Positions 57,487-64,000 of a DNA stretch of 64,000 nt are shown in pieces. The number at the start of each line of letters is the position of its first letter. Within the stretch, counting starts at the first letter, position 1. Under the pieces are notes generated by a model that saw only the letters and a program-made list of their open reading frames with translations, did no database searches and was not told the DNA's origin. The translations under genes and the position numbers were made by a program. Source of the DNA: Candidatus Latescibacterota bacterium (GTDB lineage Bacteria; Latescibacterota; UBA2968; UBA8231); assembly GCA_965200315.1 (NCBI GenBank), contig OZ241362.1, forward strand, positions 4,704,001 through 4,768,000, given 5' to 3'.

Positions 57487-58730
57487 TAGACACGAACTGT
57501 AAATACAAAGATGAAGCCTGGGATTTCAGAAAAACGGATACCAAGGAATATACTCACTGTTTTCACAATTATCCCGCGATGATGATTCCCCATATTGCCA
57601 GGAATCTCTTAGAGCGATATGGTAGTACAGGTGGATGGTTGTTAGATCCTTATTGTGGTACTGGTACATCCTTGGTAGAGGCATCTATATTTGGAATGAA
57701 TGGCATTGGATGTGATATAAACCCCCTCATGAGACTGGTCGCAACAGCTAAGACCTCGCCGCTCTCTCTACAAATCCTTGATTTTCATTTGAGGGATTTA
57801 GATAACACTATCTTTCAAGCTGGTTTCTCTAATAAAATACCTCATACGCCAGTCCCTGATGTCCTAAATCTGGACTATTGGTTCTCTGAAGATGTTACGA
57901 CGTACCTGTCTTTTCTTCGCTCGTACATTTACGCGATAGAAGATGAAGGAGTTCGCAATTTCTTTTGGGTTGCATTTTCAGAGACAGTTCGGGAGTGTTC
58001 CTACACGAAGAATAGCGAGTTCAAATTAAACAGAATATCGTCTCAGAAAATGAAAAATTTCAAGCCGGATGTTTTCGGTATTTTACAGAACAAGCTAAGA
58101 CGAAATCGGTTGGGTTTTGGCAATTATCTAAACAAAAGAAAAAATGTCGATATGTTTGTTTCGGGTAAGAATACTGCAAATGGCGAATTGCCCGAAAAGA
58201 AACCGTTGAGGGGTTTCGATTTGGTCGTCACCTCTCCGCCTTATGGCGACTCACAAACAACCGTTGCGTATGGGCAATTTTCGCGTTTATCGGCTGATTG
58301 GATCGGCTTACTTGATTCTCGCAAAGTTGACCGAATATCAATGGGAGGTAAAAAAAAAGAAAGGAGATTGTGTGCGTCTCCAGTTGCGGAGGCCATTAGA
58401 AAAATCCGTGCAGTGGATGAAAAACGCGCTATGCAGGTCGAGGCATTTTACATTGATTTAGAGCATAGTATAAATTGCATCGCGCCACTGCTCAAAAAAC
58501 ATGCAACGATTTGCTATGTAGTTGGTAATCGTCGGGTTAAAGATGTTATTCTGCCGACAGACGAGTTTGTTGTTTTTGCCTTCGCTCAGCATGGATTTTC
58601 TCATCGAAAAACCATCGTTAGGAATATACCTAATAAACGCATGCCGCAAAAGAACAGTCCTTCCAACATTGTGGGTAGGACGGCTACCACGATGCAAGAG
58701 GAAAACATCGTTATTTGTCAACGGCTGTGA
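57483..58730 (+). CDS. Low-GC N4-cytosine DNA methyltransferase (M.MvaI-like)
   Basis: HNYPAMMIP, motif I LDPYCGTGT, catalytic TSPPYGD, VVGNR and PNKRMP; AT-rich against flanks. Confidence 0.88.
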   Translation: MIDTNCKYKDEAWDFRKTDTKEYTHCFHNYPAMMIPHIARNLLERYGSTGGWLLDPYCGTGTSLVEASIFGMNGIGCDINPLMRLVATAKTSPLSLQILDFHLRDLDNTIFQAGFSNKIPHTPVPDVLNLDYWFSEDVTTYLSFLRSYIYAIEDEGVRNFFWVAFSETVRECSYTKNSEFKLNRISSQKMKNFKPDVFGILQNKLRRNRLGFGNYLNKRKNVDMFVSGKNTANGELPEKKPLRGFDLVVTSPPYGDSQTTVAYGQFSRLSADWIGLLDSRKVDRISMGGKKKERRLCASPVAEAIRKIRAVDEKRAMQVEAFYIDLEHSINCIAPLLKKHATICYVVGNRRVKDVILPTDEFVVFAFAQHGFSHRKTIVRNIPNKRMPQKNSPSNIVGRTATTMQEENIVICQRL

Positions 58731-58876
58731 TTAAATTAGTCGTAGAGATCATGCGCGTTATGGCGTTGCGAAAAGTCGAAGCTGAGCCGCGCCGACATCG
58801 TTCGCTAAGTAGAGGATCGACGGCCTCAGCGTAGCTTTGGAGCGGCTGCGCGACAGCGGATAAAAGGAGGACAACT

Positions 58877-59743
58877 ATGCGCTATCGGCGATTGGGGCGG
58901 ACAGAGTTGCAAGTGAGCGCGGTCAGCCTAGGAGGGGCCTACTTGGGGGGCAAGGAGCCCGAGTGCGCCGAGGAAAACGCCCGGGCAATTGTGCGGCGTG
59001 CGTTGGATTTGGGCTGCAATTACATCGATACGGCCCCGCTCTACGGGGCTAGCGAAGAGTTGCTGGGCAAGGCACTGGCCGGGGAGTGCCGCCCCTTTTA
59101 TTTGGCGACCAAGGTAGGGTTTAAGCCGGAAGGCTTTGACTACCGGCGCGATTCGGTCTTGCAGAGCTTGGAGCGCAGCTTGGCCTTGCTGGGCCTAGCT
59201 AAGTTGACGGTGGCACAGATCCACGAAGTGAACATGGCGGGCTGGGAGCGGATCGTGGAAAAGGGCGGCGTGTTGGAAGGGTTGCGCGCCGCGCAAAAAC
59301 AGGGGCTGTGCGATTTTATCGGCGTGACGGGCCGGGCCATCCCCCTGTTGGCGCGGCTGGCGGCGACCGGAGAATTTGATACGGTGCTGTGCTATCACGA
59401 CTATCATCCCTGTGTGCAGTTGGCGGCGGACGAGGTGTTGCCAGCGGCGGCAGCGAGTGATATGGGTGTGGTGCTGGCAACGGTGCTGGCTGGGGGTATG
59501 TACGTCGCTGGCGAGAACCAGCACGTGGCGGTGGAGCGTCGGTTTGAGCGCGAGGAAGAGCGACAACGCGCTTGGGCGACAATTGCCCGGCTGGTTCAGG
59601 AGGAGTCGACGCTGCCGCAGAGCGCGTTTCGCTGGGTCTTAGCCGACGAGCGGGTAACGACTGTGGCCAGCGGCGCGGCGAGCGTGGCCGAGCTGGAGGA
59701 AGTGGCGCAGGCCGGGGATATGGAACCGCTGATGAGCGGGTAG
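58877..59743 (+). CDS. Aldo/keto reductase
   Basis: MRYRRLGRTELQVSAVSLG, IDTAPLYG and ATKVG motifs; AGGAGG RBS. Confidence 0.92.
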   Translation: MRYRRLGRTELQVSAVSLGGAYLGGKEPECAEENARAIVRRALDLGCNYIDTAPLYGASEELLGKALAGECRPFYLATKVGFKPEGFDYRRDSVLQSLERSLALLGLAKLTVAQIHEVNMAGWERIVEKGGVLEGLRAAQKQGLCDFIGVTGRAIPLLARLAATGEFDTVLCYHDYHPCVQLAADEVLPAAAASDMGVVLATVLAGGMYVAGENQHVAVERRFEREEERQRAWATIARLVQEESTLPQSAFRWVLADERVTTVASGAASVAELEEVAQAGDMEPLMSG

Positions 59744-59755
59744 GCCGCGGTCGGG

Positions 59756-60373
59756 TCAGAGCTTGATGACGGCGATGAGGACGCCAGTGATGGCCACCAA
59801 AGTGCCCATCATCCACAGGAAATAGGTGTCCATGCGCTGGTGGACGGCGCGGATCTGCTCGCCTAAGTCGCGGTTGGTGTCGTCAATGCGGCTGCCCAAG
59901 TCGCGGTTGGTGTCGTCTATGCGCTGGTGGACGGCGCGGATCTGCTCGCCCAAGTCGCGGTTGGTCTCGTCAATGCGGTTGCCCAAGACGCGGTTGGTCT
60001 CTTTGAGGCCATCATTCAATAAGCGGTTGGTGTCGTCTATGCGCTGGTGGACGGCGCGGATCTGCTCGCCTAAGTCGCGGTTGGTGTCGTCAATGCGGCT
60101 GCCCAAGTCGCGGTTGGTGTCGTCTATGCGCTGGTGGACGGCGCGGATCTGCTCGCCCAAGTCGCGGTTGGTCTCTTTGAGGCCATCATTCAATAAGCGG
60201 TTGGTCTCGTCCATGCGCTGGTGGACGATTCCTATTTCGGTGCGCAGACCTTGAATGTCGTCGTGCGATTGGGTGCGCAGACCTTGAATGTCGTCGTGCA
60301 GATAGCTAATACTCCAAGGCATTTCTTCGGGGGTGGGGATCGCACGGGTTTGCCGATCGGCACTTTCGCTCAT
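59756..60373 (-). CDS. Tandem-repeat coiled-coil protein with C-terminal membrane anchor (DUF1640/CCDC90/Bdr-like)
   Basis: 11- and 18-residue repeats ending ETNR/DTNR; TM tail FLWMMGTLVAITGVLIAVIKL; AGGAG RBS. Confidence 0.8.
   Translation of the reverse strand: MSESADRQTRAIPTPEEMPWSISYLHDDIQGLRTQSHDDIQGLRTEIGIVHQRMDETNRLLNDGLKETNRDLGEQIRAVHQRIDDTNRDLGSRIDDTNRDLGEQIRAVHQRIDDTNRLLNDGLKETNRVLGNRIDETNRDLGEQIRAVHQRIDDTNRDLGSRIDDTNRDLGEQIRAVHQRMDTYFLWMMGTLVAITGVLIAVIKL
59831..60299. repeat. Intragenic mosaic of 33-bp and 54-bp tandem repeats
   Basis: Near-identical units such as gcgctggtggacggcgcggatctgctcgcc(c/t)aagtcgcggttggt occur four times, interleaved with 33-bp units. Confidence 0.9.
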
Positions 60374-60575
60374 GGTTACGCTCCTGTATCAGGCGAGGGT
60401 AGGGAAAATATAAACCGAGTGCTAAAAACTACCAACAGGCGGCTTTTATACATGCCTAATGCAATATCTGTGCCAGCGCCGATAGTCTGATAAGGCGGCT
60501 TGGGATCGGCGCACCTTGGGTCGAATAGTATCCATCAATGGGTACTAAGAGACTCTAAGAAGCATGGTACGTTTC

Positions 60576-61628
60576 TTAGATCCACCCATGCTGAGTGGTT
60601 ACGGGTGCGCCGGAAGTTTGGGTCTGCCAATGCGGCTTGCGGCCTATTTTGACCTCGCGGCGGGTGAGGGACGAGGCTTCGGCCGCGAAGAGGATTTCCA
60701 TGATGTGCCGCCCGTATTGGCCGTGAGTCGGCGGCTCGATGTTGAGCGCGATGGCCTCGGCAAAGCGCTGCCACTCGTGGTACATTTCGCTCGGCGCGTT
60801 TTCAAACGGGACGTCTTCCCACGTATCGCCCTGGCCTATTTTGACGTACTTCTCGCCGTGCTGGCTGAAGCGCAGCGAGCCGTTGGCGCAGATCACTTGG
60901 CATTCAAAATTCGGCGCACCGTCTGCAAACCCCACAGCCACGGCCGTGCCGGCGAGGCCGTTTTTGTAGCGGATAAAGGCCGTGGCTGAATCGTCGCTGG
61001 CTTGGTAGTGCGCACGAGTGCCAATGGCGGCTGAGACCGACGCGGCTTGCGACGCCATCACCCACGTGAGCCGATCGACGACGTGAACGCCGTTGGTCAA
61101 CCACATGCCGCCGCCGTGGAAGCGGCTGCGGTATTGGGGCCGCCGACCGGCGAAATTCCAGTTTTTCGACATGTAGCTGACCGCCGTAATCACCGGGCCG
61201 AGCTGGCCAGAGTCGAGGATTTCCTTGGCCTTGAGGCTGGTGCTGTAAAAGTGCTGCGACAGCCCGACCATCAGCTTGACGTTGTTTTCGGCGGCCGCGG
61301 CGACCATGGCGTCGCATTGCGCTAGGTTGATGGCCATGGGCTTTTCGACGAGTACGTGCTTGCCGGCGCGGCAGGCGTCGATGGTGAGCTGGTGGTGCAA
61401 TTGGTGGCCGAGCACGACGGCGACCGCATCGACGTCGGCATCCTCTAAGAGTTCGTGGTGCGTTGGGTAGCCCTTGGGGATGTGGTATTTGTCCATGTAC
61501 TCGCGCCGCTTTTCTTCCAATAGATCGGCGACTGCTACTACTTCTACTTGGTCGAGATGGGCGATTGCATCGCAGTGGGAGCGGGCGATGCCGCCGAGGC
61601 CAATGATGCCGACTTTGAGCGCTGCCAT
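60576..61628 (-). CDS. Gfo/Idh/MocA-family oxidoreductase
   Basis: Start ATG 61628; VGIIGLGGIA and AGKHVLVEKPMA motifs. Confidence 0.92.
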   Translation of the reverse strand: MAALKVGIIGLGGIARSHCDAIAHLDQVEVVAVADLLEEKRREYMDKYHIPKGYPTHHELLEDADVDAVAVVLGHQLHHQLTIDACRAGKHVLVEKPMAINLAQCDAMVAAAAENNVKLMVGLSQHFYSTSLKAKEILDSGQLGPVITAVSYMSKNWNFAGRRPQYRSRFHGGGMWLTNGVHVVDRLTWVMASQAASVSAAIGTRAHYQASDDSATAFIRYKNGLAGTAVAVGFADGAPNFECQVICANGSLRFSQHGEKYVKIGQGDTWEDVPFENAPSEMYHEWQRFAEAIALNIEPPTHGQYGRHIMEILFAAEASSLTRREVKIGRKPHWQTQTSGAPVTTQHGWI

Positions 61629-61738
61629 TGTGGTATCCTTTGGTGTGAATGAGGGTGAGGTAAGTATAGAATGCGGCTTGGTCGGCGACAAATCGGCGCA
61701 TGTTTGCGCTGAAATAGATAATGACCTAAGATGCCCTA

Positions 61739-63682
61739 ATGCCCGGTAATTTTACCTATCGCTCGTTCGCCGTGGGTGCGTTGCTATCGCTGGCGATCAA
61801 CATGTTCTTCGCCTATGCGCGGCTGGCGATGGCCACCGCCGGCATGTCCTCCGATTACATCACCGCTGGGGCGGTTTTCCTGTTCTTCCTGGTGGTGGCT
61901 TTTGTCAATCCCGCACTCAAGTTGATGCGCCGTTCTTGGGGCTTTAACCGCTCCGAATTGATTGTCATCTACGCGATGATGATCATTGGCTCGGCCATTC
62001 CCACGTGGGGCTTTACGGGCAATTTGATCGCCATGTTGCCCAACATCTACTACTATGCCACGCCCGAGAACAACTGGTCGGAGTTGTTGCATCCTTATGT
62101 CCGCGAGTGGATGGTGCCGCAGGATCCAGACGCGATCAAGTACTTCTTCGAGGGCCTGCCCAAGGGACAACCCATCCCTTGGGAACACTGGATGGTGCCG
62201 CTGGCGGCTTGGGTCTCGTTTATTGTGGCGATTTACCTGATGATGATCGCCATCGCGTCAATCGTCCGCCGCCAGTGGGTCGACTACGACCGCTTAACCT
62301 TTCCGCTGTTGCAGCTACCCATCGACCTGACCGAAGAAGGCAAGAGCGGGTCCATCGTCGGTCCGCTGTTCAAAAGGCCGCTTTTGTGGATCGGGTTCGC
62401 GCTGCCTGTTGTGCTGCACAGCACCAACGCCTTAAACCACTATTTCCCCTTTATCCCGGCAGTGCAGTTGCGCCACAGCATCTCGCTGTTTAACCACGCG
62501 CTGGGGCTGACGACCAATGTGAACTTTGTGGCAATAGGGCTGGCGTACTTTTTGAGCTTAGACGTGGGGTTGAGCATCTGGCTCTTCCACTTGTTGACCA
62601 AAGCTCAGATCACCACTGAGAACGTCCTCGGCTACTCGCTGCCTGGTCGCCGCGACCTGTTTATGGAAGGCTCGATGTCGGTGTCCTACGAGGGGATGGG
62701 GGCCATGCTGGTGCTGGTGCTTTACGGGCTGTGGAACAGCCGCAGCTACCTGCGGCGGGTTTGGCGCAAGGCCCTGTACAACGAGGGGAGATTGGACGAT
62801 TCGCAGGAGATTCTCTCGTATCGGGCGGCGCTCATCGTCTTGGTCTTGGCCAGCGCGTACGCTACCGGCTGGCTGATCTTATCGGGGGTGCCGTGGTGGG
62901 TCGCGCTGTTTTTCCTCTTCGTCGCCTTCTGCATCTTCTACGGGCTGACGCGCATAGTCGCCGAGGGGGGGTTGGGTTTTGCGCGGGCGCAGATGACGGC
63001 GCAGCCGTTTGTGATTGACGCGGTGGGCACGGAGGCGATAGGTCCGTCGGGGCTGGTGAGCTTGGGGATGACCTTTAGCTGGGCGGGCGATCTGCGGACG
63101 ATGGTGATGACCTCGGCGATCAATGGGCTCAAGCTTGCCGATATTGGCAAAGTGCGGGGACGGCCGCTGTTTTGGGCGCTGATGCTCTCGATTGTGGTCG
63201 GCTTGACTGGGTCCATATGGATGGTGGTGTGGATGGGATATCAGTACGGGGGCATCAATTTGGATTGGTGGTTCTACAACCGCTTCGGCGAAATAGTCCA
63301 CGGCGACTCGGCCTACAAGATCGCCAACCCAAGGCATCCCATAAGCGACTTTGGTGAGATCGGGCCGCGCTTCTTGTTCGCCGGAATCGGCGCGGGGATC
63401 ATGGGGCTGTTGATGTACGCCCGGCATCACTTTCTCTGGTGGCCGGTGCATTACCTCGGCTTCCCCATCGGCGCGACCCTGACGATCATCTGGACGTGGT
63501 TCAGCATTTTCATCGGCTGGGTCCTCAAAGCCTTGGTGCTCAAATACGGCGGCGTGACGCTCTATAGGCAGCTGCGGCCGCTGTTTTTGGGATTGATTCT
63601 GGGGCATATTTTTGTGTCGGGCTTCTGGGTGCTCTTCGACTATGTCACCGGGGAGACCGGCAATCGGATTCCGATTTTTTGA
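61739..63682 (+). CDS. DUF6785/DUF6784 polytopic membrane protein, putative transporter
   Basis: ELIVIYAMM, YYYATPENNW, IPWEHW, RRQWVDYDRLTFPL, TRIVAEGG and FLWWPVHYLGF motifs. Confidence 0.8.
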   Translation: MPGNFTYRSFAVGALLSLAINMFFAYARLAMATAGMSSDYITAGAVFLFFLVVAFVNPALKLMRRSWGFNRSELIVIYAMMIIGSAIPTWGFTGNLIAMLPNIYYYATPENNWSELLHPYVREWMVPQDPDAIKYFFEGLPKGQPIPWEHWMVPLAAWVSFIVAIYLMMIAIASIVRRQWVDYDRLTFPLLQLPIDLTEEGKSGSIVGPLFKRPLLWIGFALPVVLHSTNALNHYFPFIPAVQLRHSISLFNHALGLTTNVNFVAIGLAYFLSLDVGLSIWLFHLLTKAQITTENVLGYSLPGRRDLFMEGSMSVSYEGMGAMLVLVLYGLWNSRSYLRRVWRKALYNEGRLDDSQEILSYRAALIVLVLASAYATGWLILSGVPWWVALFFLFVAFCIFYGLTRIVAEGGLGFARAQMTAQPFVIDAVGTEAIGPSGLVSLGMTFSWAGDLRTMVMTSAINGLKLADIGKVRGRPLFWALMLSIVVGLTGSIWMVVWMGYQYGGINLDWWFYNRFGEIVHGDSAYKIANPRHPISDFGEIGPRFLFAGIGAGIMGLLMYARHHFLWWPVHYLGFPIGATLTIIWTWFSIFIGWVLKALVLKYGGVTLYRQLRPLFLGLILGHIFVSGFWVLFDYVTGETGNRIPIF

Positions 63683-63695
63683 GGGGGAAAAATCA

Positions 63696-64000
63696 ATGCA
63701 AGCAGGAGATAGAGAAAAAATTGGGCCGCACGGCTTGGAGGTAACGCGGTTGGGGTTGGGCGGCACGACCTTTGGCAACATGTACTCGGTGCTGAGCGAG
63801 CAAGAAGGGCTGGACGTGCTAGACGCGGCCTTTGCGGCCGGGGTGCGCTACTTCGACACGGCGCCGCTGTACGGCTATGGTTTGAGCGAGACGCGCTTGG
63901 GGCCGGGGCTTATGCGCTACAACCGCGACGAGATCGTCCTTTCCTCCAAGGTGGGCTATACGCTGGTGGAGCGGCAGCCCGGCGACGACTATGTCGATCT
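63696..64000 (+). CDS. Aldo/keto reductase (D-threo-aldose dehydrogenase-like), truncated by the window edge
   Basis: ATG 63696 reads MQAGDREKIGPHGLEVTRLGLGGTTFGNMY...GVRYFDTAPLYGYGLSE...LSSKVG. Confidence 0.88.
   Translation, partial: MQAGDREKIGPHGLEVTRLGLGGTTFGNMYSVLSEQEGLDVLDAAFAAGVRYFDTAPLYGYGLSETRLGPGLMRYNRDEIVLSSKVGYTLVERQPGDDYVD

Noticed and set aside
59831-60299. Possible CRISPR array
   Set aside because: The repeats are in-frame coding units without unique spacers, and no cas genes are present.

Overview
High-GC bacterial chromosomal DNA. The gene content suggests an FCB-group lineage such as Latescibacterota or Gemmatimonadota, possibly sponge-associated; this is inference from FlgD-type C-terminal domains, a W-G-x-(I/T)-K-S C-terminal motif, many FG-GAP/ASPIC-UnbV and TPR proteins, and a DUF6785/6784 protein. 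Layout: (1) 1-9.8 kb, secreted FlgD-tailed proteins, a CBM9-like protein, an FGE-fold protein and a di-heme peroxidase. (2) 10-24.7 kb and 43.7-50.7 kb, repeated CRTAC1/ASPIC-UnbV + TPR modules, with PpiC foldases in the first block. (3) 24.7-28.4 kb, a His-rich membrane protein, a strongly animal-like alkyl-DHAP synthase and a DHRS7B-like SDR, together a candidate bacterial ether-lipid pathway. (4) 28.4-42.5 kb, an integrase-free defence island (SNF2 helicase-nuclease, DUF1156 methylase, DUF499 ATPase) with nested AAA+DUF4276 and MNT-HEPN cassettes, one bracketed by a perfect 70-bp duplication of the DUF499 gene start. (5) 51-59 kb, a family-5 ABC transporter flanked by remnants of two restriction systems (BfiI-like and MvaI/BcnI-like). 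(6) 59-64 kb, sugar oxidoreductases, a tandem-repeat coiled-coil protein and a DUF6785/6784 membrane protein. Two window-wide patterns stand out: nuclease and toxin genes disabled by internal deletions, and an apparent depletion of CCWGG. No rRNA, tRNA, CRISPR array, integrase or transposase was recognised. All family assignments come from motif recognition, not database searches.
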